This document shows positions 53,049-64,000 of a stretch of DNA of 64,000 nt, one piece after another. Below the pieces are notes generated by a model. That model saw only the letters and a list, made by a program, of their open reading frames with translations, did no database searches and was not told where the DNA came from. Source of the DNA: an uncultured Planctomycetaceae bacterium (lineage in GTDB: Bacteria; Planctomycetota; Planctomycetia; Planctomycetales; Planctomycetaceae); contig CAWFGE010000022.1 of assembly GCA_963815195.1 (NCBI GenBank), positions 160,001 to 224,000 of the forward strand, given 5' to 3'. A program made the position numbers and the translations under genes. Numbering within the stretch: the stretch's first letter is position 1; the number at the start of each line of letters is the position of its first letter.

Positions 53049-53810
53049 TTACGATTGAGCCCGGGCCTGGCGAAGAATGCGGTTGCCCAAGTCTTCCGCA
53101 AAAGGCAGCCGCGGCGGGGCGATGTTGACGCCGGCAGCCAGGCGTTCAAACTGCGTGAGGATAATTCGCCGGCGTTCGATCCGCAGTTGGCCTTCCTGCT
53201 GGAGTTCCCCCAACAGCACGGTGACCGTTTCGCGGGTGCTGCCGATGATGCTCGCCAGATCCTGATGCGACAATTTGATCGCGAGCGACACGCCTTCCAC
53301 GGTGGGCCGGCCGTATTTCTCGGCGAGTTCCAAGAGCAAATGCACCAACCGGTCGCGGTTCGAGCGAAACAGCAGCGACTTGAGCCGGCGCTCGATCCGC
53401 TTTCGTCTCAGCCCGATCAGCTTCGTCACGCCCAGCGAAACTTCGGGGTGAACTTCCATTAACCAGTGCATGTCCTCGCGGGGAATCAAGACCACTCGGC
53501 TGGCTTCCATCGCTTCGGCGAATTCCTCGCGCGGCGTGCCTCGCGGCTCGAACAGCCCTAACTCCCCGAACAATTCGCCCGGATCGATCAGCGTCAAAAC
53601 GGCCTGCTTGCCCTCCCCCGTGATGTGGTAAATCTTCACCCGCCCCGCGCTCAACAGCAGCACCGAGTCGGACTGGTCGGAAGGCAAATAAATCATGCTG
53701 CCGCGCTTGAATTCCCGAACTTTCGCCCGGGATTCCAGGCGTTGTGTTTGTTCCGGCGTGAGCCGTTCAAACAGATCGCAGCTTTTCAGATACCAAAATC
53801 TGTCATCCAT
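53049..53810 (-). CDS. Crp/Fnr-family transcriptional regulator
   Basis: GELFGE cNMP fold; LSHQDLASIIGSTRETVT HTH. Confidence 0.92.
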   Translation of the reverse strand: MDDRFWYLKSCDLFERLTPEQTQRLESRAKVREFKRGSMIYLPSDQSDSVLLLSAGRVKIYHITGEGKQAVLTLIDPGELFGELGLFEPRGTPREEFAEAMEASRVVLIPREDMHWLMEVHPEVSLGVTKLIGLRRKRIERRLKSLLFRSNRDRLVHLLLELAEKYGRPTVEGVSLAIKLSHQDLASIIGSTRETVTVLLGELQQEGQLRIERRRIILTQFERLAAGVNIAPPRLPFAEDLGNRILRQARAQS

Positions 53811-54058
53811 TCCTGCAACTCCGCGATTGATGAGGCCCCTCGAAAGGCAGCGCCCGCTCCGTCGTCGGCGTATGTTTTCATCTCAATCAGGCTCTTCGTC
53901 GTCCTCTTTGGCCGGACGCCGCTATCGAGAATATCTCACCTATTCCCCCAGGACAAGCGGAACGGCCGGCTCGGGCTTCCGTCGGCTGGCATGCCGGGCG
54001 TTCTCCGCGTATGGTAGAAGGACAATCGCGATTTTCACAAATAATCAAAGGAGCCAAC

Positions 54059-55090
54059 ATGAGCAAACTTGGACACTGCGGATTGGGGAGCTTTCTGGTG
54101 ATATTGGCCTTCGCAGGAATACTAAACGCCGAGGAAAACTGGGTTCGCTACGAAGGCCAGGCCGGCCCGGGCCGGGGCAAGCACATCGTCCTGGTCGCGG
54201 GCGACGAAGAATATCGCTCGGAAGAGGCCCTGCCGCAGTTGGGAAAAATCCTGGCGAAGCACCACGGATTCACCTGCACGGTGCTGTTTCCCATCGACAA
54301 AAAAGACGGCACGATCAACCCCAACCAGAACGACAACATCCCCGGCCTCGAAGCCCTCAAGGACGCGGACCTGCTGATCCTGTTCACCCGCTTCCGCAAC
54401 CTGCCGCCGGACCAGATGAAATACCTGGTGGATTATATCGAATCGGGCCGGCCGATCATCGGGCTCCGCACGGCGACGCACGCCTTCAACATCCCCGCGG
54501 GCGAACCCTACGACGAATACAGTTGGCGGAGCAAGGAAGAGGATTGGGACGGCGGTTTCGGCCGGAAGGTGCTGGGCGAGACCTGGCGGACCCACCACGG
54601 GCAGCACGGCCGCCAAAGCACGCGCGGCCTGATCGCCCCCGGCGAAGCGGCGCATCCGATTTTGAAAGGCATCAAAGACGGCGACATCTGGGGGCCCACG
54701 GATGTCTATGGCGTGCGACTGCCGCTCCCGGGCGACAGCAAGCCCCTCGTCTTAGGCCAGGTCCTCAGCGGAATGAAGCCCGCCGACGCCCCCGTGGAGG
54801 GTCCGCAGAACAAACCCATGATGCCCGTGGCCTGGGTCAAAAGCTATAAGACCGAATCGGGCAAAACCGCCCGCGTGTTCGCCACCACGATGGGGGCCTC
54901 GCAGGACCTTCTCAGCCCGGGACTCCGCCGGCTGTTGGTGAATGCCGTCTCTTGGTGCCTGGGCATGGAAGACCAGATCACCCCGAACTTGAACGTGGAC
55001 GTGGTCGGCGATTACAAGCCCACGCCCTTCGGCTTCAACAAATACCAAAAAGGCCTGAAGCCCTCCGTTCACGCGTGGAAGGCGGAGTAA
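54059..55090 (+). CDS. Secreted ThuA-like domain protein
   Basis: Signal peptide; GDEEYRSEE, GLRTATHAF, RVFATTMG..RRLLVNA..W. Confidence 0.75.
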   Translation: MSKLGHCGLGSFLVILAFAGILNAEENWVRYEGQAGPGRGKHIVLVAGDEEYRSEEALPQLGKILAKHHGFTCTVLFPIDKKDGTINPNQNDNIPGLEALKDADLLILFTRFRNLPPDQMKYLVDYIESGRPIIGLRTATHAFNIPAGEPYDEYSWRSKEEDWDGGFGRKVLGETWRTHHGQHGRQSTRGLIAPGEAAHPILKGIKDGDIWGPTDVYGVRLPLPGDSKPLVLGQVLSGMKPADAPVEGPQNKPMMPVAWVKSYKTESGKTARVFATTMGASQDLLSPGLRRLLVNAVSWCLGMEDQITPNLNVDVVGDYKPTPFGFNKYQKGLKPSVHAWKAE

Positions 55091-55220
55091 TCGCCTTGAC
55101 GGTTCCTGAGGATGGAGGTTAGAGGATGGAGGTTAGGTTAGACTTTTAGAACCTATCCGCGAAAACCTAATTCATTCTCCCTATTAGCCCGAAGCGCAAG
55201 TTTTGAAGTTGCGCCTCGGC

Positions 55221-55267
55221 AGCCGCGAAGCGGCGACAGCATATAGCTGCGGGCGTCAGCCCGCAGA
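55221..55267. repeat. REP-like element (AGCCGCGAAGCGGCGACAGCATATAGCTGC family)
   Basis: Direct near copy of 56645..56691. Confidence 0.75.
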
Positions 55268-55287
55268 TCCCCGTGGCGGTCACAGAA

Positions 55288-56520
55288 CTAGCCGCCGAAG
55301 TCGTCGAAGGCGATGTTTTCGGGTTCCACGCCCAAGTCGTCCAGCATCTTTAACACCGCTTGCAACATCAAAGGCGGGCCGCAGATGTAGTATTCGATGT
55401 CTTCCGGCGCGGGGTGCTCCTTCAAATAGTTCTCCAAGAGCACCTGATGAATAAACCCTTGATAGCCGGTCCAATTGTCTTCCGGCAGCGGTTCGGAAAG
55501 GGCGATGTTGAACTTAAAGTTCGGGAAGTCTTTTTCGATGGCCCGGAACTCATCGACATAGAACAATTCCCGCGAAGACCGGCCGCCGTACCAGTAGGAC
55601 ACTTTGCGGTTCGTCTTCTTTTCCTTGAAGAGTTCAAAGATATGCGATCGGAGCGGAGCCATGCCGGCCCCGCCGCCGATGTAAACCATCTCGGCGTCGG
55701 TCTCTTTAATAAAGAACTCCCCGTAAGGGCCGGAGATGGTGCACTTGTCGCCGGGCTTTAGGTCGAAGATATAGGACGAGACTTTTCCCGGCGGCGTGCC
55801 TTCGGGAGCGCGGGGCGGCGGCGTGGCGACCCGCACGTTGAGCATGATGATGCCTTGCTCGCCGGGATAGTTCGCCATCGAATACGCCCGGAACACGGGT
55901 TCTTTGACGATCGACTTGAACCGCCAAAGGTTGTACTTGTCCCAGTCCTCGTGGAAGCGTTCTTCGATGTCGAAGTTCTTATACTCCAGTTCGTGGGGCG
56001 GGACTTCGATTTGAATAAAACCGCCCGGCTTGAAGTTCACACCATCACCTTCAGGCAGTTCCAAAACGAGTTCCTTGATGAACGTCGCCACGTTGCCGTT
56101 GGAGCGGACGGTGCAGTTCCAACGCTTGGTTTCCAAGGCTTCTTCGGGGACTTCGATCTTCATGTCCTGCTTGACGGCGACCTGGCAGGAGAGGCGGTAG
56201 CCTTCGCGGGCATCGCGCTTGTTGATGTGGGTCCGCTCGGTGGGCAGGATGTCCCCGCCGCCTTCAAACACCTGGACTTTACACTGTGCGCAGGTCCCGC
56301 CGCCGCCACAGGCGGAGGACACGAAGATCTGATGATCCGCCAAGGCACCGAGCAATTTCCCACCCGCGGGCACGGACAACGTCTTTTGCTCATTGATGAC
56401 AAGCTGCACGTTCCCCGACGCGACGAGTTTCGATTTCGCGGCCAGAATCACGGCTACGAGAATCAATACCACGGCAGTAAACATGCCGACGCCTAAACCG
56501 ATTTCCGTCAATGCTTCCAT
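55288..56520 (-). CDS. nqrF: Na+-translocating NADH:quinone reductase subunit F
   Basis: [15 protein letters not shown] 2Fe-2S motif, [20 protein letters not shown]. Confidence 0.97.
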   Translation of the reverse strand: MEALTEIGLGVGMFTAVVLILVAVILAAKSKLVASGNVQLVINEQKTLSVPAGGKLLGALADHQIFVSSACGGGGTCAQCKVQVFEGGGDILPTERTHINKRDAREGYRLSCQVAVKQDMKIEVPEEALETKRWNCTVRSNGNVATFIKELVLELPEGDGVNFKPGGFIQIEVPPHELEYKNFDIEERFHEDWDKYNLWRFKSIVKEPVFRAYSMANYPGEQGIIMLNVRVATPPPRAPEGTPPGKVSSYIFDLKPGDKCTISGPYGEFFIKETDAEMVYIGGGAGMAPLRSHIFELFKEKKTNRKVSYWYGGRSSRELFYVDEFRAIEKDFPNFKFNIALSEPLPEDNWTGYQGFIHQVLLENYLKEHPAPEDIEYYICGPPLMLQAVLKMLDDLGVEPENIAFDDFGG

Positions 56521-56644
56521 AGGGGCTTAATGCCTCTTATTGCGAATTTGAGAATAGTCGACAGGGAGAGTCATTTGGAATCGCTCGAGAAAAAATCGTC
56601 TCGAATTCCTACTAACCGGCCAGTGAAGTTTTCGGCCCTGCCTT

Positions 56645-56871
56645 AGCCGCGTAGCGGCGACAGCATATAGCTGCCGGCGTAAGCCGGCAGATTCGGGGTC
56701 CAAAATCCGAAAAGCCGCGAAGCGGCGACAGCAATTGCATCAACCCAGCGATGGGTAAAGTCGCGCCGACTTACTCATCCGTTGCTAGTGCCGCTTCGCG
56801 GCTTCCGATCTTTTCTTATTCTGACTCTGCGGGCTGACGCCCGCAGCTATATGCTGCTGCCGCCTCGCGGC
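56645..56871. repeat. ~230 bp REPIN/MITE-like palindromic element between nqrE and nqrF
   Basis: gccgcgtagcggcgacagcatatagctgc... has the inverted partner ...gcagctatatgctgctgccgcctcgcggc, with internal hairpins. Confidence 0.8.
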
Positions 56872-56899
56872 GAACGCATATCCGCTAACTGCTAACGGT

Positions 56900-57496
56900 T
56901 TACAATTTAATGCCCGAAAAGGCCATAAAGGCCATGGCCATCAGGCCGACGGTAATAAAGGTGATGCCCAGCCCGCGGAGACCGGGTGGGACATCGCTGT
57001 ATTTGAGTTTTTCGCGAACGCCCGCCAGGGCCGCGATCGCCAAGGCCCAGCCCAAGCCGGAGCCGAACCCGAACACCACGCTTTCCGGGAAGTTATAATC
57101 CCGCTCGACCATAAACAACGTGCCGCCCAAAATGGCGCAATTCACGGTGATCAAAGGCAGAAAGATGCCCAGGGCCGAGTGCAGCGCGGGGACGAACCGG
57201 TCCAGGGCCATTTCCAAAATCTGCACCATGGCCGCGATCACGCCGATGTAGGAAATGAGGCCGAGAAACCGCAGGTCCACGCCTTGGACGATGGAGCCTT
57301 GCTTTAAGACGTGCTGAAACAGCAGATTATTCACGGGCACGGTGATGGCTTGGATGACGACCACGGCCGCCCCCAGGCCCAGTGCGGTTTTGACGTTTTT
57401 GGAGACCGCCAGAAAGGTGCACATCCCCAGGAAAAACGCGAGCGCCAGGTTTTCGACGAACACGGATTTGACGAACAGGCTGAGATAATGTTCCAT
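56900..57496 (-). CDS. nqrE: Na+-NQR subunit E
   Basis: [42 protein letters not shown]. Confidence 0.96.
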   Translation of the reverse strand: MEHYLSLFVKSVFVENLALAFFLGMCTFLAVSKNVKTALGLGAAVVVIQAITVPVNNLLFQHVLKQGSIVQGVDLRFLGLISYIGVIAAMVQILEMALDRFVPALHSALGIFLPLITVNCAILGGTLFMVERDYNFPESVVFGFGSGLGWALAIAALAGVREKLKYSDVPPGLRGLGITFITVGLMAMAFMAFSGIKL

Positions 57497-57500
57497 GAGA

Positions 57501-58127
57501 CTAGGTCTCCTCAATTTGCTCGGGCCGCAAGGTGCGGATGAGCCAAATGGTCAGGCCGATGATAAAAAACGCGCTCGGCGGCAAGAGCATCAATCCGTTG
57601 GGGACGTACCAGCCGCCGTCGGTCTCGGCTTGTAGGATCGACACGCCAAACAGCGACCCGGATCCGAAGAACTCGCGGAGCGTTCCCACGAGCACCAGGA
57701 TGAAGGTGTAGCCCAGGCCGTTGCCGATGCCGTCCAGAAAGCTGAGCTTGGGGCCATTCTTCATCGCGAAGCCTTCCGCCCGGCCCATTACAATGCAGTT
57801 GGTGATAATCAACCCCACGAACACCGAGAGCTTCTGACTGACGCCGAAGGCGAACGCCTGCAGGATCTGATCGACGACGATCACCAAGGACGCGATGATC
57901 GTCATCTGCACGATGATGCGGATGCTGGTGGGAATTTCTTTGCGGATGAACGAGACCGACGCGCTCGAGAATGCCGTCACCAACGTCACCGCCACGGCCA
58001 TCACAAGGGTCGGAACGAGCTGCGTGGTCACCGCGAGCGCCGAGCAAATCCCCAGCACCTGCAGCGCAATAGGATTGTTGGCGAAGATGGGGTTCAGTAA
58101 GACTTCTTGGGCTTTGGATTTTGCCAT
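57501..58127 (-). CDS. nqrD: Na+-NQR subunit D
   Basis: [32 protein letters not shown]. Confidence 0.96.
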   Translation of the reverse strand: MAKSKAQEVLLNPIFANNPIALQVLGICSALAVTTQLVPTLVMAVAVTLVTAFSSASVSFIRKEIPTSIRIIVQMTIIASLVIVVDQILQAFAFGVSQKLSVFVGLIITNCIVMGRAEGFAMKNGPKLSFLDGIGNGLGYTFILVLVGTLREFFGSGSLFGVSILQAETDGGWYVPNGLMLLPPSAFFIIGLTIWLIRTLRPEQIEET

Positions 58128-58194
58128 TTCGACCTCCCTTCGGGGGAAGTTGTTGGACGAATGATTGTCGCTCGAACGGCCCGCACAGCGGACC

Positions 58195-59004
58195 CTACTC
58201 TTGGCTGTAGTTTTTGAGGAACGGGCGGAAGCCTTTTTCGCCGAACCAGAACTGCATCATGTTGGTGACGCCGTTGCTGGTGATCGTCGCTCCCGACAGG
58301 GCATCGACATCGTATTCGCCGTGCGCTCCGCCTTTGGTGACTTCAATCTGTACGTTCCAGTTGGAATCGTAAACGTGTTTCCCGGGCCATTTGGCGCGCC
58401 AGTTGGGGTTGTCCACTTCGCCGCCGAGGCCCGGGGTTTCTTTTTGCTCGTAGTATTTGAGTCCCTTGATGGTGAGGTACTGCGGGCCTTTTTTCAGGCT
58501 CTGGGCGTCGATCGCGACAAAGCCCCACAGCGTGGACCACAGGCCATACCCGCGAATGGGCAGAACCATCTGCGTCACCGTATCGCCGTCTTTCACCAGA
58601 TAGACGTAGGAGTAGTTTTCCCGCCGTTTGATGCTGGCGACGTCTTCGGATTGGGCGACTTCATAGCTGATGTCCGGAGCGTTGGACGCCTGCGCCTGAT
58701 CGTAATCCGTGATCTTTTTGATGTTCAGGATTTTCTGGGCTTCCTCTTCGGTGAGAAATGTGCCCTTGTCCAAATCGACGATCTTCGGGGTCACGCGCTC
58801 GAACAGCTGGTCCACATCGGCGGCGGTGTTTTTATTGGGATCGTAAAGTCCCGCGGCGATGAGGATGTTTTTCTGGCGGTCCCGGCGTTTGTTTTTTTCC
58901 TGAAACGAGCGCAACCCCACCGCCGAGGCCGAGACGAGCAGCGAACACACCAGGCACAACAGCACCGCTACTAAGAATGTATGCTTTACCGAGTCACGCG
59001 GCAT
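58195..59004 (-). CDS. nqrC: Na+-NQR subunit C
   Basis: [21 protein letters not shown] attachment motif. Confidence 0.96.
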   Translation of the reverse strand: MPRDSVKHTFLVAVLLCLVCSLLVSASAVGLRSFQEKNKRRDRQKNILIAAGLYDPNKNTAADVDQLFERVTPKIVDLDKGTFLTEEEAQKILNIKKITDYDQAQASNAPDISYEVAQSEDVASIKRRENYSYVYLVKDGDTVTQMVLPIRGYGLWSTLWGFVAIDAQSLKKGPQYLTIKGLKYYEQKETPGLGGEVDNPNWRAKWPGKHVYDSNWNVQIEVTKGGAHGEYDVDALSGATITSNGVTNMMQFWFGEKGFRPFLKNYSQE

Positions 59005-60544
59005 TTCGGGCCAACCTTCGTTTGATATTTGCCTGAACCACGAAATAGTCGATCAACGGGGCGAACACGTTCCCGAACAAGATGGCGAGCATCACGCCTT
59101 CAGGGAACGCGGGGTTTACGACGCGGACGAGGATCGTCATCACCCCGATCAACCCGCCGAACCACCACTTGCCGGTCTCGGTCATCGATGCCGAGACGGG
59201 ATCGGTCGCCATGAACACCAGCCCGAACGCGAAGCTGCCGATGACGAGGTGATACCAGGGCGGCACGAGGAACATGGGATTCGTGGGGCTGCCGACCAAA
59301 AAGTAGAACAGCGACGAGAGGCCGACCGCTCCGATCAGCATGCCCGCCATGATCCGCCAGGACGCGATGCCCGTGGCGATGAGCAGCACCGCCCCCAGAA
59401 TGCACGCGAGTTCGGAGGTCTCGCCCATCGAGCCCGGCGTGTAACCGAGAAACGCTTGCATCCAGGACACGTTGAGGGCCTGAATGCCCTCGTTGACGTT
59501 GGCGGTGGCCATCACGCCCAGGGAAGTCGCTCCGCTGAAACCGTCGACGTGGACCGCGGTCCAAATCCCTTCGCCGGTGCTCTGGGCCGGGTACGCGAAG
59601 TACAAAAACGCACGGGCGGTGAGGGCGGGGTTTAAAAAGTTTCGCCCGGTTCCGCCGAAGATTTCCTTGCCGATGACCACGCCGAAACTGATCCCGAGCG
59701 CCACCTGCCACAGCGGAATCGTCGGAGGCAGCGTGAGCGGGAACAAGAGGCCCGTCACCAGAAAGCCTTCGTTGATTTCATGTCCGCGAACGACGGCGAA
59801 CACGGTTTCCCACAAGCCGCCCACGATCATGCACACCAGATACGCGGGCAGAAAGAACAAGCCCCCGAAGACCACGTTGGACCAGAAGCGATTTGGATCA
59901 AAATCCAGGCCCAGCCCTTCCACAACCTCGCCCCGCCAACCGGGATGATAACCGATGGCGGAAAGCTCGACGCCGGTGGCATCGCTGGCTTTGGAAAGCC
60001 CGGATTTCACGGACTTTTCGATGTCCGGAGCGAGTTGCTTTTTGTATTTTTGAAAGAGGTCCTGCTCGATTTCCGCCTGGGTTTCGTTGCCGGCTTGTAA
60101 GCGGTTTTTGATGGTCGTCTGGGCCGCGTTGGAGGCCATCTCCGCCCGGGCCCGCTTTTTGACGAGGGCGCTCACAATATCGGCGGCGCTGTCATCCAGG
60201 GGCCGGCCGATCGACGACTGCAACACTGTGCCGATCTCCGCGGACTGAATCACGCCTTCGCCGACCAGCCGCTCGGCGACTTTGCGGTTGTGGATCGTGA
60301 TGTTGGCCTGATAGCCAGTGTTCCAAAACGCCATGTACACGCAGGGGATCAAGGCGATGCACACGGTGATCATGATCCGCTTCATGTCCATGCCGTCGCG
60401 GACGTGCGACGCGTTCGCCGTCACCGTGCCGGGGGTATAGAGGAACGTGTCCATCGCTTCGTAAAGCGGATAGAAGCGTTCGTATTTCCCGCCTTTGGCG
60501 AAGGCGGGATGAATGCGATCGAGAAGTCGGCGTAAGGGGTTCAT
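58994..60544 (-). CDS. nqrB: Na+-NQR subunit B (with long insertion)
   Basis: [47 protein letters not shown]. Confidence 0.96.
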   Translation of the reverse strand: MNPLRRLLDRIHPAFAKGGKYERFYPLYEAMDTFLYTPGTVTANASHVRDGMDMKRIMITVCIALIPCVYMAFWNTGYQANITIHNRKVAERLVGEGVIQSAEIGTVLQSSIGRPLDDSAADIVSALVKKRARAEMASNAAQTTIKNRLQAGNETQAEIEQDLFQKYKKQLAPDIEKSVKSGLSKASDATGVELSAIGYHPGWRGEVVEGLGLDFDPNRFWSNVVFGGLFFLPAYLVCMIVGGLWETVFAVVRGHEINEGFLVTGLLFPLTLPPTIPLWQVALGISFGVVIGKEIFGGTGRNFLNPALTARAFLYFAYPAQSTGEGIWTAVHVDGFSGATSLGVMATANVNEGIQALNVSWMQAFLGYTPGSMGETSELACILGAVLLIATGIASWRIMAGMLIGAVGLSSLFYFLVGSPTNPMFLVPPWYHLVIGSFAFGLVFMATDPVSASMTETGKWWFGGLIGVMTILVRVVNPAFPEGVMLAILFGNVFAPLIDYFVVQANIKRRLARNAA

Positions 60545-60585
60545 TCTGTGTTCGTTTTTCTGTTTGCCCAAGGCGGACCCTGCTC

Positions 60586-60743
60586 AAATCCGAAATCCGA
60601 ATCTCGAAATCCGAAACAAATTCCAATGCTCGAAATTCCAATCTTCAAACCCTGGGGATTAAAGACATTTCTATGATTTGAGACGGCATTCGTTTGGGAC
60701 ATTTTGGATTTGATTATTTGAATTTGTTTCGGATTTCGGATTT
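60586..60743. repeat. AAATCCG heptamer palindromic element (copy C) between nqrA and nqrB
   Basis: Starts aaatccgaaatccgaatctcgaaatccgaaacaaat, identical to the corresponding part of copy B. Confidence 0.85.
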
Positions 60744-60764
60744 CCACCCAGGTCGCACGGTCGG

Positions 60765-62111
60765 TTAGCCTTCGATTTCGATTGTTTTCAATGTCTTGCG
60801 GAGCAACGGGGCGTATTCGTATTTGCCGGGGCAAACATAGGTGCACAGGGCCACGTCTTCTTCGTCGAGTTCCAGGCAGCCCAGGGCCTGGGCGAGTTCT
60901 GTGTCTTCGACGATCAAGGCCCTGAGGAGTTGTGTGGGCAGGATGTCCAGGGGCATGACCTGCTCGTAACTGCCCACCGGGACCATCGCCCGCTCGCTTC
61001 CGCCCAGCGAAGTCGTGAGCGCGAATTTCCGCCCCCGCCCGAAAAACGCCGACGCAAACAGCCGCGTCGTGGAATACGTTTCAAACCCCGGTTTCTGCCA
61101 ACCCAGAAATTCCCGCTGCCGGCCTTCTTCCAGAGCCGAGACCTGCAAGTGATATCGGCCCAAAAAGTGGAACGGCTGCGTGACTTTCCGGCCGGACAAG
61201 ACCGAACCGGAGATCAAACGGGTGTCGCCCGCGGAGAGTTCGCCTCCCGTCAATTCCAGAAGATTCGCCCCCAACCGCGTGCGGAGCAACCGCGGCCGCT
61301 GGACGACCGGGCCGGCGAGCGAAATCACCCGCTCTTCCGAGAGCTTGCCCGTGACAAACAGCTTGCCGATGGCGATCAGGTCTTGATAATTCAGCCACCA
61401 CACCGTTTTATTCAGGCTGACCGGATCGAGAAAATGAATGTGCGTGCCCGCCAGTCCCGCGGGATGCGGCCCCGCGAACTCCGCCGTCTCGACGAAACCC
61501 ATCTCCGATCCGGGAATGTTCGCTCCCGGAGCCTTGCTCAAAAACACCTTGCCGTCCGTCAAGTGCCTTATGACCTGGAGCCCGTAAATAAAAGGCAATT
61601 CGTTCTCGGCGATGATGACTTCGGGATCGGCCGCGAGCGGGTTGGTGTCGATCGCGGTGACGAAAATTGAATGCGGCACCGCGCCGGGTGCCGGCACCTG
61701 ACTGAACGGGCGAGTGCGGATCGCGGTCCACAGCCCGGATTTTACCAGATTGTCCCGCACCTGTTCGCGCGAAAGCCCCGTCAGATCCGAATCGTAAAAG
61801 GATTGAAACTCCTCTTCCTCGTCGCCTGCCAATTCAATGACGACGGACTGAAAGGTCCGCTTGGCTCCGCGGTTGATCGCAGCCACTTTGCCCGCGCCGG
61901 GGGCGGTGTACTGGACGCCCGGCGTCTTTTTGTCCAAAAACAGCGCCTGCCCCTTTTTGACACGGTCGCCTTCCGAAACCGCCATCGTGGGCTTCATGCC
62001 AATGTAATCGGGAGCCAGGACCGCGACGGTCCCGACCGGGCGGGCCTCATCGATGGATTGCTTCGGTTCCCCTTCGAGGGGCAGATCCAAACCGCGGGTA
62101 ATTTTAATCAT
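60765..62111 (-). CDS. nqrA: Na+-NQR subunit A
   Basis: [39 protein letters not shown]. Confidence 0.96.
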   Translation of the reverse strand: MIKITRGLDLPLEGEPKQSIDEARPVGTVAVLAPDYIGMKPTMAVSEGDRVKKGQALFLDKKTPGVQYTAPGAGKVAAINRGAKRTFQSVVIELAGDEEEEFQSFYDSDLTGLSREQVRDNLVKSGLWTAIRTRPFSQVPAPGAVPHSIFVTAIDTNPLAADPEVIIAENELPFIYGLQVIRHLTDGKVFLSKAPGANIPGSEMGFVETAEFAGPHPAGLAGTHIHFLDPVSLNKTVWWLNYQDLIAIGKLFVTGKLSEERVISLAGPVVQRPRLLRTRLGANLLELTGGELSAGDTRLISGSVLSGRKVTQPFHFLGRYHLQVSALEEGRQREFLGWQKPGFETYSTTRLFASAFFGRGRKFALTTSLGGSERAMVPVGSYEQVMPLDILPTQLLRALIVEDTELAQALGCLELDEEDVALCTYVCPGKYEYAPLLRKTLKTIEIEG

Positions 62112-62665
62112 CGGGCAGAACGAGTTCTGAAAATCGGTTGGCAACCCGAAGGTTGTATCAGGTAGGGATTTATGGTCTCCGCTCGCTCAGCGAACGGTGC
62201 AGGCGGGGCGGCACGCCCCGAGCCACGGAGGGCGTGGTCTTCGCACGTTCCTGAGAACTCGGGCCGATCACGGACGTTAAGGCGGAATCCGAGCGGCGAA
62301 TTTCTCTGTCTCCCGGTATCTTATAGATTTGGGCGGGTTTTTGAAGGGATGAAAGCCTGCGAAATTTCGCAGGTATCGGTTCGGCTTGTGCAAGTTTTTG
62401 CATACCCGGATTTTTCTGAAGATCCCCGGAGCGGCGACATCTGGCCGCCAAAGCGAGCGTTCAGGTTCGTTCCCGAACCCCCATCATCTCACAGACATGT
62501 TTTGGATTGGATTGGACTGGCAATAAATGCCTGTATGATCTTTACGCCCTGTTTCGCCAGGCGTGAAACCTCTCGCAAAGATTCCGCCGTTCCATCATAA
62601 ACGCAGTGGTCCATCGGATGGCCTTCCAAGGAAGACGCGCGCACGACAAATCGTGGTTTGGGCCC

Positions 62666-64000
62666 TCAGACTTTCTTTTTGGGCGGGCGGTACATGTGGG
62701 TCGCCTGTCCGAACGCGGCTTCCGCGGATTCCATAATCGTCTCCGACAGCGTGGGGTGCGCGTGGATCGTCTCGGCCACGTCGCGGGCCACCGCCGCCAT
62801 CTCCACGGCCAGAACGCCCTCGGCAATCAGTTCCCCCGCGCCCGGGCCGACGATGCCCATGCCCAGCACCCGCTCGGTGTCGGGATCGACGATCAGCTTG
62901 GTCAGTCCTTCAGGCCGGTCGATCGTTTGAGCCCGGCCGGAGGCGCCCCAGGGAAACCGCGTGACTTGCACACTTCGCCCCTGCTCCTTGGCTTCGTTTT
63001 CCGTCAATCCGCACCAGGCCACTTCCGGGTCGGTGAACACCACTGCCGGGATCGCCACGTTGTCGAACTCCGCCGGCTCGCCCGCGAGCGCTTCCACCGC
63101 GACTCGGCCTTCCCGCGTGGCTTTATGGGCCAGCATCGGCTCACCCGCCACGTCGCCGACGGCGAGCAAATTCGGATCGGTCGTCTGCCGTTTGCGGTTG
63201 ACCTTGATAAACCCTTTCTCATCCACCTCCACCTGCGTATTTTCCAGCCCAAACCCTTTCGAATTGGGCCGGCGGCCGATGGCGATCAACACCCGGTCGA
63301 AGGTTTGCTCCGCCGGGGCTTCTTCGCCTTTCATCTTGGCGACGATCCCCTTTTCCGTCGCTTCGAGCGATTGGATTTTCGTCTTGAGATAGATCGCCTC
63401 GAACTGGTCTTTCAATCTTTGATGCAGCGGCCGGACCAGATCGCGATCCGCACCGGGCAAGAGGCCCGAGAGCATTTCCACGACGGTGACTTTCGATCCG
63501 AGGGCCGCGTACACGCTGCCCATTTCCAGCCCGATGTATCCGCCGCCCACGACCAACAGCGTTTTGGGGATCTCCGGCAGGTTCAAGGCTCCGGTGGAGT
63601 CCATCACCCGTTCGTCGCCGATGTCAAACACCTGAGGCATCGCGGGCGAAGAGCCGGTGGCGATGATCGCTTTGTCAAACTTGAGTTCCTGAGTGCCGCC
63701 GTCGTGGAGTTTCACGCTCAAGGTGTTGGAGTCGACGAAGCTGCCCCGGCCGCGGAGCATGGTCACGCCCCGCATTTTGCCGAGCTGCTCGATGCCGCCG
63801 GTGAGCTTTTCCACGACGCCGGATTTGAAGGAGCGGAGCTTGTCGAGATCGATCCGCGGTTCGCCGTAGGAAATCCCCCACGCGGAGGCTTCGCGGGCTT
63901 CGTGAATCAGCTTGGCCACATGGAGCAAGGCTTTGGACGGAATGCAGCCGCGGTGCAAACACACGCCGCCGGGTTTGATTTCGGCATCGACGAGCGTGAC
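62666..64000 (-). CDS. lpdA: Dihydrolipoamide dehydrogenase (5' end outside the window)
   Basis: [13 protein letters not shown] redox disulfide, [22 protein letters not shown]. Confidence 0.95.
   Translation of the reverse strand, partial: VTLVDAEIKPGGVCLHRGCIPSKALLHVAKLIHEAREASAWGISYGEPRIDLDKLRSFKSGVVEKLTGGIEQLGKMRGVTMLRGRGSFVDSNTLSVKLHDGGTQELKFDKAIIATGSSPAMPQVFDIGDERVMDSTGALNLPEIPKTLLVVGGGYIGLEMGSVYAALGSKVTVVEMLSGLLPGADRDLVRPLHQRLKDQFEAIYLKTKIQSLEATEKGIVAKMKGEEAPAEQTFDRVLIAIGRRPNSKGFGLENTQVEVDEKGFIKVNRKRQTTDPNLLAVGDVAGEPMLAHKATREGRVAVEALAGEPAEFDNVAIPAVVFTDPEVAWCGLTENEAKEQGRSVQVTRFPWGASGRAQTIDRPEGLTKLIVDPDTERVLGMGIVGPGAGELIAEGVLAVEMAAVARDVAETIHAHPTLSETIMESAEAAFGQATHMYRPPKKKV

Noticed and set aside
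1..64000. tRNA, rRNA, cas, integrase or transposase genes
   Set aside because: None recognised by eye; a covariance-model or HMM search was not possible.

Overview
GC-rich bacterial chromosomal window, most likely a planctomycete (DUF1559 prepilin-type gene, DUF1080 proteins, several sigma-54 promoter motifs, many REP-like palindromes). It contains: (1) a ~13.5 kb accessory cluster with a cPLA2/patatin-like membrane phospholipase, a RoxA-like di-heme lipoprotein, an epoxide-hydrolase-type alpha/beta hydrolase, a kinase-cyclase-ATPase-TPR protein, a repeat membrane protein and a group-4 (alkene monooxygenase AmoABC/EtnABC-like) soluble di-iron monooxygenase with no adjacent reductase; (2) a partial Tad/Flp pilus locus; (3) a HigBA-like toxin-antitoxin operon interrupted by a degenerate, cas-less mini CRISPR array with type I-G-like repeats, whose last spacer and repeat supply the RBS, start codon and N-terminus of the antitoxin; (4) an EcoRV-like restriction-modification pair; (5) housekeeping and metabolic genes (trmB, fabZ-like, aguA/aguB, glgB, guaA, rsmE, nqrABCDEF, lpdA). 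At least 11 frameshifts split otherwise intact genes and are probably consensus errors. All family assignments come from motif recognition and recalled reference sequences; no database search was run.
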